Source of the DNA: an uncultured cyanobacterium
GTDB lineage: Bacteria; Cyanobacteriota; Cyanobacteriia; Leptolyngbyales; Leptolyngbyaceae
Length of the DNA: 64,000 bases
Assembly: GCA_963766075.1 (NCBI GenBank)
Contig: CAVYAN010000051.1
Span: 1 to 64,000 of the forward strand
Direction: 5' to 3'
In this document: positions 43,101-50,252 of the stretch, piece after piece
How the letters are laid out: each line of letters begins with the position of its first letter
Position numbering within the stretch: the stretch's first letter is position 1
Translations under genes and position numbers: made by a program
The notes under the pieces: model-generated
What the model was told of the DNA's origin: nothing
The model's database searches: none
Seen by the model: the letters and a program-made list of their open reading frames with translations, nothing else

Positions 43101-46100
43101 CACTGTCGCCCAGGATAATGTCATCCCCGGCTCCTCCGGCCAGGGTGTCACCGTCATTCAAGCCGGGACCACTCTGATCTGTGCCGCCGGAACCACCGAG
43201 GATCGTATCGTTGCCTGCACCACCCACAATGCTATCGGTACCACCAAAGGCTCCATCTGTGGAGAAAATATCGTTAGCAGCAACGGTGCCATCATTGCCG
43301 ACAATAACGCCATTATCGCCAAGTAAAATATCCGCACCATCTCCAGCGGTAATCGTGTCATTGCCGCTGCCGCCGAGGGCAATCAGTGTGCCCTCAGTGT
43401 CGGTGATTAAATCATCACCGCCGTTTGCCGGGAACAGCGTGGCAATTCGTTCGACAACGTTGGCGGCATTGCGGGTGATGTAGCCACTGTCGCCCAAGAT
43501 AATGTCATCTCCGATGCCGCCGAGAAGGGTGTCACCGTCATTCAAGCCGGGACCGCTTTGATCCGTGCCGCCGGAACCGCCGAGGATCGTGTCGTTGCCT
43601 GCACCGCCCACAATACTATCGGTGCCACCAAAGGCTCCATCTGTAGAGAAAATATCGTTGGCGGCGGCGGTGCCATCACTATCAACAACAACGCCGTTAT
43701 CGCCCAAGAGAATATCCGCACCGTCCCCAGCGGTGATTGTGTCGTTGCCGCTGCCGCCGAGGGCAATCAGTATGCCTTGGGTGTCTTCAATCCGATCATC
43801 GCCGCCGTTAGCCGGGAATAGCGTAGCAATCCGTTCGACAATACCGGCGGCATTGCGGGTGATGCGGCCACTGTCGCCGAGAATAATGTCGTTTCCAGCT
43901 TCACCGAAGAGGCGATCGCCCCCGACCCCTGCCGCATCACTACCGCCGGAACCGCCGACGATCAAATCATCGCCCCCGCCGCCAACAATGGTGTCTTGGC
44001 CACCATTTGTCGGATCAGTGGAAACTACATCATTGGCGTCAGCACCCACACCAGCGCCATAGACAATGCCGTTATCGCCCAGCAGCACATCCACAGCATT
44101 ATCGCTGCCACCGGAAATGCTATCGTTGCCGCTGCCCCCCAGAATCGTGTCCGCATCGGCATCACCCGCGATCGTGTCATTGCCGCCTTGGGTGGGGAAC
44201 AGCGTCAGCATGGACTGCATGATTCCTCCCGCATCGCGATTAATCCGACCACTGTCACCGATGATCAAATCCGTGCCGTTACTTCCCTGAATGGTGTCGT
44301 TGCCAGTGCCGCCAAGGATGCTGTCATTGCCCGCGCCCCCAAGGATCGTATCGTTGCCGCCATTGACCGGATCAGTGGAAAAAATCGCATTGGCATCGCT
44401 GGTGCCATCGGCCCCAACCACAACGCCGTTGTCACCCAGAATGATGTCACTCCCGATGCCGCCCTGGATGCTATCGTTGCCCGAGCCCCCAATTAGGATA
44501 TTCCCAATATTGACACCGCCCACCAGGGTGTCATTGCCACCAAAGCTCGGATCAGAGGTTTCCGCCCTGAGCAGTAACCCACTACTACTCAGGGTAACGC
44601 GGCCATTGTCACCAATCTGGGCCACATCAACGCCCTCCGTGCTCAGCAACAGGTCGTTTCCTGCTCCACCAATCTCAATGTCACGGTCCTCGCCACCGTC
44701 CAGGGTGTCATTCCCCAAGGCACTGGGATTGGTGGACTCGTAGCGCACAACCCCACCGGGCAGATTCACCTGTTGGCCACTGTCGCCAAACAGCACGTCA
44801 TTGCCCGCATTGCCAAAGAGGAGATCGTCGCCGCCATCCCCAGCTAATAGGTCATTGCCCGCTTGGCCATAGAGAGAGTCATTACCAATGCCGCCGAACA
44901 CTATATCATTGCCATTGCCGGTGCCCAGGGTCACGGTGCCACTGCCATCGACGCTGCCGTTATCACCCAGCAGAATATCGTTATCGCTGCCGCCATTCAA
45001 CTGATCATCGCCCTCGTTGCCGTAGAGGATGTCGTTACCGCTGCCGCCATCCGCATAGTCATTACCCTCGTTGCCGAAGAGCGTATCGCTGCCCGCTTGG
45101 CCAAACAAGGCATCATTGCCCGCGCCCCCTTCAAAGACATCATTGCCACCGCCCGCGCCCAGTTGCACCTGCACAACCACACCATTGGCCACGACGGTGA
45201 CATTTTGCAAAACGGCCCCACCGGGTGGCAAGGGAGCCGAGGAGTCACCGGGCCCAACGAAGATGGTGCCCTCATCCAAAATGAAGTCGTTGCCATCGCC
45301 GCCATAGGCAAAGTCGTTGCCGAGGCCCGCTTCAATAATGTCGGTGTCGGCATCGCCAAAGAGCGTATCGTTGCCGTCGCCGCCTTTAATGCGATCGCTG
45401 CCATCCCCACCGCGCACCACATCATCGCCAATGCCCGCCTCTAGATAGTCGCTGCCCGTACCCCCTAGGAGGCTGTCATTACCTGCATTGCCATAGAGGG
45501 TGTCATTGTCTGCACCGCCATCCAGGGTGTCATTGCCCGTGCCGCCGAACAGCTTGTCATTGCCCGCCTCGCCAAAGGCTTGGGAATTCCCAGCCCGCAC
45601 CGTCAGCTCATCGTTACCCGCACCGCCATGGAGGAGAGCGACCCCGCCCCCGGCGAACAGCTTGTCATTGCCAAATCCCGTTTGCAGGGGATCCTTGAAA
45701 TCGCCCCACAGTTCCACCGGCAACAGCACATCAGCGGCAACATCAATCACATCATTGCCATTACCGCCTTCTGCGTAGATTTTTTGAATGGTGCTGGCCG
45801 CAAAGGCTTGCACAATGCCAAAAGCCGATACCAGGATTTGAGTGCCATCAGTCGATCGGGTCACCTTAAAGGTTTCATCACCATCGGTCAGATTGCCGGT
45901 AACCCGCTGCGCAGCAAAAGTACCCATGTTCAACCGCAGCACACCCGCGCCGAGACTCGGGTCTAGCTGGGCCAACACTGGATTAGGCGATAGGGTGCCC
46001 GTACTGGTGTCGAAGTCCAGCAAGGTCACCGAGGCAATGTCAAAGGAATCTTCCCAGCCGACAAAGCCGACAAAGGGGATATCCACGCCGACTCGGGCAT

Positions 46101-48897
46101 AGGCATTAAGCCCCGCCGTGAATTTGCCCGAGGCATCGAAAATCCCCAGGGGACCGTTAGCGGTAAAGTTGTCCGCCAGTTCGTCCAGTCGGATTTTGCC
46201 GTCGGCCACGGGGCGATCGCGCAAATCCAGATTCACATTGGCAAACAATCCTCCACCCACACCCGCCGCCGCGATGATCACGTTCAATTCCCCTGCGGCC
46301 TGGACACTGGCATTCAGCCGCACTTCCGGCACATCCGGTCCCGTCCCATCGGGATTGGCCGTATCGCTAATGTAAAAGCCATTAAAAACTAACCCGGGTG
46401 TGGTGAATCCCCCGGTGGCAAACTGTCGAAACCCTGCCGTGTCATAGCCAAAGTTAAAGTCGGCCTGAATATCAAACGCACCGCTGAGCCGCACTCCCAG
46501 CGGTCCCAGAATCGGGAAAAACTGACTGACGTTAAATGACGCTCCCAGGGAAGGCAAATCGAGGGTAAACACAGACACATCGCGACCTAACAGCAGCCCA
46601 AAGGCCGTGGTGGGATCTTGCAAGAGGGGGAAGGCCAACCCACCCGCAAAGTTGGCATTACTGGCATTGCTGCGGAAGCCGTTCACCAGATTGCGCGTGG
46701 CCGTATCCACTCCCGGTAGCAGTGCCGTCAGATCATCAAACAGGCTAGTGTTGGCTAAATTCAGCCCACTCAAATTAGCGAGGCTGCGTAAATCCGTAGT
46801 GGGGGAATTATTCAGGCGCAGATTGCCCAAGGGAATATAGACATCGCCAACGCCCGTGGGAATTGAGTTGGCAAAGGTAGCCACTTGGTCGATCGCTTGA
46901 ATAAACTGAACCGCCTGGGTATTGCCCGATCCCACGCCGATGAATTCCAGCAGCGTGACGGTGCCATTGCCATCAACATCATAAACATTGCGCAGGAGGC
47001 CAATATCCGACAGCACCGGCATCCGCGTCCGCAGCACGTCAAACACTGGCTGCACCGGACCTAAGACCTTCTGCACCTCGGCAAAAATCGGGCTGACGAA
47101 TTCATTAAAGAATCCACCCAAATTCATCCGCACATTATTAAACGCCGCCGTGGGCAACAGGCTGAGATTAGTTGGATCGAAGGTCCAATCCAGATTCAAA
47201 TCCGTCTTGAGAGAGGGGAAGTTGGCATTGCCGCCAAAGCTGGTGGTGATGCCGAGATTGACATCGGCAATCGCCTGCAACTTCGGGGTCACCAGTTGAG
47301 TCGCCGTCAGCCCTGTTAATTCTGCTGCGGTCAAGCGCCCATCACTGCCCGGATCGCCCAAATCCACACGAAACTGGCCCGTAAAGCTGGTGGCTTGACT
47401 TTGGCTATCCTGGCCCGTCACCGCCACCTGCAAAAATCCCAGTTTGCCAGTGGCATTCAGTCCCGGCGTGGTCACCGCCAAGTCAATTTTTAATTCATCC
47501 AATGCGCTGGTATCGACGTAGAACTGGTTGCTGGTCAGATCAACGCCAAATTTCCAGGGCAAGCTGTAGCCCAGTTGCGTCGTCACTGCCCCTCCACTGG
47601 TGAGCGACAGCCCAATCGCATCCAAACCCAAATCAAAGCCTAGGCTGGAGGAAACAGCTTGACTTAAATTGAGGTTGAATTGCAGTTGCGTGGCACTTTC
47701 ATCCACGGTGACCCCACTGGGCAAAACCGGGGCGAGGGCGGTGGCGATCGCGGTCCGTACATCCTCACTATCCAAATCAACCGCCGGGATAGCTTCTAGC
47801 GTGGTCCAAGCCGAAGCGAGGCTGGTTTGAATCCCTTGGAATACCTTCGTAGTACTGGCCAGTTGGGAGCCAACTAAAGGCAACCGCTGGGCAAATACCA
47901 GGGTATCGACCGCCGTCTGAGTTAGGGCCAGAAAGTCATTGACCCCCGTTTTCAGATTGGTGTATTGGGCAGCGGACAGGGGCGTTAAGAGAATGCCCTG
48001 ATAGGCAGCCAAGGCCGTGGGTTGGCCGATTAGATCAGCGGCGATCGCCCCCGTATTCACCTCCAGCGTCCAGTTACCGCCCAACGCCACATTGCCCGTT
48101 AAATCAGTAGACGCGGCAATATCGGCCCCAGTCAAATTGCCAAACTGGTGCACAAACCAGTCCCCTTCCATCCCCAAGGCCACATCACAGCCATAGAGCA
48201 AAATATCCGCCGTGTCTGTCAGATGATCAGCCCAACCGGTGAGCTGACTGGTGTAGTTTTGCAGGGTTTCCCCGTTCAGCCAGGTGGATCCCAGTTGCAG
48301 CGCGCCAACATTGCCATGGGATAGAATATGCAGCGCCGAAATATTTTGATAACCCGCTAAAATATCGCTGATTTGGCTGATTCCATCCTGCTGGGCATCC
48401 AGGCGAAACACAGCAACGTGGGGCCGAATGGCCGCTAGCAATGCATCGTAATCCGGCAAACTGGCATCAATGAAGACCAGTTCGGAGGGTCTGGCCAGCG
48501 GAGATGCGGCAATGGTGAAGCCCGCAACTGTTGAAGCAGCCGTGGTGGAGGCTACAAAGTTCGGTGCCGTCGGATCAGGAGTCAGGGTTGTGAGCGATCG
48601 CCCCAACAGCGTATCCCCTGTAACGCCACCGCCGTCAACACTAGCCAGCGCCTCCGCGATCGCTCCAGAAAGCAAGGGTGCCCGTAGCTCTCCTACCGCA
48701 GACTGTCCATAGTCGGCACCGCCATGGGAACTGCCGGACAACGCCTGGGGAAATTTGAAGGGATCTCCCAGGGCAAAGCGCTGGCGGTTTGGACCGTAGG
48801 AGCTAACAGTTCCCAGATCAAGACCCTGGGAATTCTGTAGGGACAGCGTTGCATCTGTAAGTTCCATCATGGCTACATCTCTAAAATTTAGTGGCAC
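37153..48897 (-). CDS. Giant 3914-aa Ca-binding surface protein: DUF4347, hemolysin-type RTX repeats, FG-GAP-like repeats
   Basis: ELVFID..LHILSHG..ILLYGC..AASTDLTG DUF4347, very many GGxGND nonapeptides, GDFNGDGKxDILWR repeats, and internal 128-aa tandem repeats. Confidence 0.9.
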   Translation of the reverse strand: MPLNFRDVAMMELTDATLSLQNSQGLDLGTVSSYGPNRQRFALGDPFKFPQALSGSSHGGADYGQSAVGELRAPLLSGAIAEALASVDGGGVTGDTLLGRSLTTLTPDPTAPNFVASTTAASTVAGFTIAASPLARPSELVFIDASLPDYDALLAAIRPHVAVFRLDAQQDGISQISDILAGYQNISALHILSHGNVGALQLGSTWLNGETLQNYTSQLTGWADHLTDTADILLYGCDVALGMEGDWFVHQFGNLTGADIAASTDLTGNVALGGNWTLEVNTGAIAADLIGQPTALAAYQGILLTPLSAAQYTNLKTGVNDFLALTQTAVDTLVFAQRLPLVGSQLASTTKVFQGIQTSLASAWTTLEAIPAVDLDSEDVRTAIATALAPVLPSGVTVDESATQLQFNLNLSQAVSSSLGFDLGLDAIGLSLTSGGAVTTQLGYSLPWKFGVDLTSNQFYVDTSALDELKIDLAVTTPGLNATGKLGFLQVAVTGQDSQSQATSFTGQFRVDLGDPGSDGRLTAAELTGLTATQLVTPKLQAIADVNLGITTSFGGNANFPSLKTDLNLDWTFDPTNLSLLPTAAFNNVRMNLGGFFNEFVSPIFAEVQKVLGPVQPVFDVLRTRMPVLSDIGLLRNVYDVDGNGTVTLLEFIGVGSGNTQAVQFIQAIDQVATFANSIPTGVGDVYIPLGNLRLNNSPTTDLRSLANLSGLNLANTSLFDDLTALLPGVDTATRNLVNGFRSNASNANFAGGLAFPLLQDPTTAFGLLLGRDVSVFTLDLPSLGASFNVSQFFPILGPLGVRLSGAFDIQADFNFGYDTAGFRQFATGGFTTPGLVFNGFYISDTANPDGTGPDVPEVRLNASVQAAGELNVIIAAAGVGGGLFANVNLDLRDRPVADGKIRLDELADNFTANGPLGIFDASGKFTAGLNAYARVGVDIPFVGFVGWEDSFDIASVTLLDFDTSTGTLSPNPVLAQLDPSLGAGVLRLNMGTFAAQRVTGNLTDGDETFKVTRSTDGTQILVSAFGIVQAFAASTIQKIYAEGGNGNDVIDVAADVLLPVELWGDFKDPLQTGFGNDKLFAGGGVALLHGGAGNDELTVRAGNSQAFGEAGNDKLFGGTGNDTLDGGADNDTLYGNAGNDSLLGGTGSDYLEAGIGDDVVRGGDGSDRIKGGDGNDTLFGDADTDIIEAGLGNDFAYGGDGNDFILDEGTIFVGPGDSSAPLPPGGAVLQNVTVVANGVVVQVQLGAGGGNDVFEGGAGNDALFGQAGSDTLFGNEGNDYADGGSGNDILYGNEGDDQLNGGSDNDILLGDNGSVDGSGTVTLGTGNGNDIVFGGIGNDSLYGQAGNDLLAGDGGDDLLFGNAGNDVLFGDSGQQVNLPGGVVRYESTNPSALGNDTLDGGEDRDIEIGGAGNDLLLSTEGVDVAQIGDNGRVTLSSSGLLLRAETSDPSFGGNDTLVGGVNIGNILIGGSGNDSIQGGIGSDIILGDNGVVVGADGTSDANAIFSTDPVNGGNDTILGGAGNDSILGGTGNDTIQGSNGTDLIIGDSGRINRDAGGIMQSMLTLFPTQGGNDTIAGDADADTILGGSGNDSISGGSDNAVDVLLGDNGIVYGAGVGADANDVVSTDPTNGGQDTIVGGGGDDLIVGGSGGSDAAGVGGDRLFGEAGNDIILGDSGRITRNAAGIVERIATLFPANGGDDRIEDTQGILIALGGSGNDTITAGDGADILLGDNGVVVDSDGTAAANDIFSTDGAFGGTDSIVGGAGNDTILGGSGGTDQSGPGLNDGDTLLGGIGDDIILGDSGYITRNAANVVERIATLFPANGGDDLITDTEGTLIALGGSGNDTITAGDGADILLGDNGVIVGNDGTVAANDIFSTDGAFGGTDSIVGGAGNDTILGGSGGTDQSGPGLNDGDTLAGGAGDDIILGDSGYITRNAANVVERIATLFPANGGDDLITDTEGTLIALGGSGNDTITAGDGADILLGDNGVVVGADGTAAANDIFSTDGAFGGTDSIVGGAGNDTILGGSGGTDQSGPGLNDGDTLAGGTGDDVILGDSGYITRNATSVVERIATLFPANGGDDLITDTEGTLIALGGSGNDTITAGNGADILLGDNGVVVGADGTSQANDIFSTDPNFGGTDSIVGGAGNDTILGGSGGTDQSGPGLNDGDTLVGGAGDDIILGDSGYITRNAANVVERIATLFPANGGDDLITDTEGTLIALGGSGNDTITAGDGADILLGDNGVVVGNDGTAAANDIFSTDPSFGGTDSIVGGAGNDTILGGSGGTDQSGPGLNDGDTLLGGIGDDIILGDSGYITRNAANFVETIATSFPTLGGDDSLFGNEGRDTLLGGFGNDTIAGNIGDDIIMGDSGRLDYALDESLTTLDRIVTTDTGIGGNDSITGDDGNDIALGGAANDTLSGNAGDDILLGDNGQISFSGGIITRIETIAPADGGNDVIAGNEGRDRILGGTANDAITGDNGDDIILGDHGILDYGIDLDLTTLDAITSTDSALGGRDTIQGNDGNDIALGGADNDSITGGLGTDTLLGDNGQILYTIGNLRLIQTISPAIGGNDSIQGNQDNDLILGGFGDDSLEGNQGDDKILGDNGFMDYAYGGDATVAADSDFSTLDFITTTNPTDGGRDRILGGAGNDQILGGTGDDTIFGDDGVDGLGPDWQVISTGDFNGDGKSDIFWRNSADNRTLMWLMNGTSVLDGGYTYTLDPSWLLEGTIDFNGDGKDDFLWRNIVNGDVSIWLMNGKNYLATAYVGFRNVPLNWDIRGVGDFNGDGKGDILWRNNATGEIHTWLMNGISLIESGLVGPSAISADWNQIAMGDFNGDGKDDLLWRQSGDRVDIWLMNGHTMQSSTLMGGGIADWQVMGLTDLNGDLRQDLVWRQTGSGRVAVWLMNGPTPLATPLIGPAAIDNSWQIVELGDFNGDSKGDILWRQTGGGMTVWLMNGSTVIADQGIAPAILPASWQPIGFGDFDGDRRHDILWQNGNDLAMWLMNGTTKTADAVYGVVPDLVPGTGRFDDLILGDHGKVYEALPRDRNYLSIDTGAADGGGNDLIYGNQGDDFILGQQGGDLIFGGAGEDDIIGGHNVIGGSDGNDFIDGGANADVEIGDNGIITRRPLGNSDWQRYPAPFPDIIRDVVRFDDVDTIGGNDTVNGGTGDDILYGQRGNDVMDGGAGDDEIYGNLGNDLMEGGAGQDVLLGDVGAILRAYNPDGTPRINTNGSWHRDALLTDVATITDVWNSNAVPSSVYATADLLLLNSLYNPDGSPVQNNGQSQTQVQALTFIPDGNDTISGGSGDDTLFGQRGDDTISDTAGNNYIEGNEGNDTIAGGSGDDLIIGDNSENLAPFDQQIPTVTRGLHIIGQATGLNFALGQFGTIVIPTATLTPTMSPGLWAPLTLAPTPVQSPNTIPAIANLTRNGITYQSLAAIIPDISNHLDQLAGNDAISDSSGNNTLIGDNYRSFSPLRTNNPQTDQALSQLTTQIYHLLYDLHDLEIAQSVSKSAQTLAVGNDTISGGIGRDLVFADDETLYSAITAVQPNTLPRILQTVTDLRQGLSQFNGGITSQLDLYTGAIASPYTLSLKNDIVSGGNGNDQIMAGDTMVFSPVLDGFSYQPGSIANYAFDRTPKAVRSNFQDFTLILNNDIVFGDNTNGSGAGDDLIVGGYSTLIMPVLTQAATTATQAATLRQSLGGIVRDITSVVRDLHNEQYGIAYANRNQSNLLIAENDTLSGGAGNDVIFGDTATFTAPFLNGQTNLGLALPESSVDYTEEPYNFAQALPHLYDIIYRNLNSTLQTLGQDSIQGGAGNDILFGQRWSDILQGQEGNDYLFGGREAENTLDGGSGTNVIRATSPSPSDQQAIAPSINARLAELPSPALQRYLLEILANRNSLSPKGSLMVSFP
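41920..43870 (-). repeat. Five 384-bp (128-aa) intragenic tandem repeats
   Basis: Anchor GTCATTCAAGCCGGG recurs at ~42001, 42385, 42769, 43153 and 43537. Confidence 0.92.
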
Positions 48898-49652
48898 ACA
48901 AATTCATGGGGCACCAGTCCCTGAAGCGACGCCCAGATTTCCATGGGCAGAATTGCGGCATCTATCCCTTGCCCTACGATGGGTCGGCAGAGGCCACACC
49001 ATGGTCAAAAGCCATGGCAAACCGTGATGACCGAGCCAGTCGGCCTCTGGGAAACTACCTGGAAGGCAAGCGGTTGGAGCGGAGCTACTGAATGTTGGGC
49101 GCGATCGCGATTCGGAGCAGTACCAACCGCATCATTAGCGTGAGCATGATGTAGGAATGAAGAATGATGTAGGAATTGTTAAAATTATTACGTTGAACCT
49201 TCCAAGGAATCACCCGGCGAGACACACAGAAAATGCGCGATCGCCGGATATCCCTGGGTGACTCAAATAGCCTCAAATCCAAGCAGGAACACGTAACTGA
49301 CTCACAGAGAGCGAGCAGTCATTCAGGAGATCTCCAGTAGATCTACTGAGGGACTATATTCCTCTACGTAGCCTGTCCGTAATGATCCGGAAGGAATGCG
49401 GGGGAAGAAACAAATTCTCAAATCCACCGTCTGAAGTGTTTGGATTTTTGAGGAATTCTTAGATTCTGGCGATCGCCGATAAGCTAGCGCAGCACGGCTG
49501 AATTGAAAATGTTGCTGGCGATCGGGGGCAAGGGGGTAACGCTCAGGTCACCAAATCCCGAAGATCCCCGGGATTTCTAAAAATCCCGGAGATCAGTCTA
49601 CACAGTTTAATGACGCCCACCTAACGGATCAGGAGAACGGAATGAAAAGAAT

Positions 49653-49883
49653 CTAGTCCGCATATTCTTCAGGCTGACTGCAACGAATCAATAGGTCTAA
49701 TTCATCGTAACTACTCAGGTTTAAGAAATGCAAAGGCATGTTCTGAAACTGGGTCAAATCTAGTAAGTTCGAGGAAATCGTTGCCAATCGAGTTCTGTCG
49801 TGAGCCAAGCCAAGCGTCCTGCCCAGATCAGTCGAGAGGAGTTCCATGCACTGTAACGGATTGCTGGATTGGGCCAAGTGCAT
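49653..49883 (-). CDS. Hypothetical 76-aa protein
   Basis: ATG-started ORF alone in an intergenic region; no family recognised. Confidence 0.35.
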   Translation of the reverse strand: MHLAQSSNPLQCMELLSTDLGRTLGLAHDRTRLATISSNLLDLTQFQNMPLHFLNLSSYDELDLLIRCSQPEEYAD

Positions 49884-50044
49884 TTAGTGATTAGCTTTGA
49901 AAATCCCCAACTCATCGGCACCTTCGCGGTGTTAATCAGCAATCGTACCTCCTTCGGTACTGGTCTAACGTGAGGTTCCCGATGCCGAATTTTCTCTCAT
50001 GACATCACAACACTCAAGTTCTTAAATACCCGCTGGTTTCGATC

Positions 50045-50167
50045 TACCCGCTGGCTACCCTGCGGGAAGCGACCTACGACTCCGCTCAGCCAGTTAGAGA
50101 TTGCTCCCTGAGCGAAGTCGAAGGAAACAATCTCGGTCGGTATAATTTTTCCTGAAAACCGCCTTAG
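50045..50167 (-). mobile_element. MITE-like dispersed repeat, copy 3 (internal loop inverted)
   Basis: Reverse complement matches 305-425, except that the 14-nt loop is in the opposite orientation. Confidence 0.75.
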
Positions 50168-50252
50168 ATGATTTTCGACAAATATATAAATAATGAGTAC
50201 TCAGTATTGTAATTGTATGAAAACTTGATTATGACAAGCATGTCTTCATGCC

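Noticed and set aside
42006..44062. Repeated alternative-frame ORFs (MPPEPPRIVSL..., MPSAAAA...)
   Set aside because: Shadow ORFs of the 384-bp repeats of the giant gene
37153..48897. Recent horizontal acquisition of the giant gene
   Set aside because: HIP1 sites are present along it and no mobility genes flank it; composition was not computed
49915..49988. Glycine riboswitch (CCGAAGGAG motif)
   Set aside because: Lacks the GAGAG/CTCTCAGG elements; kept only as an unassigned hairpin
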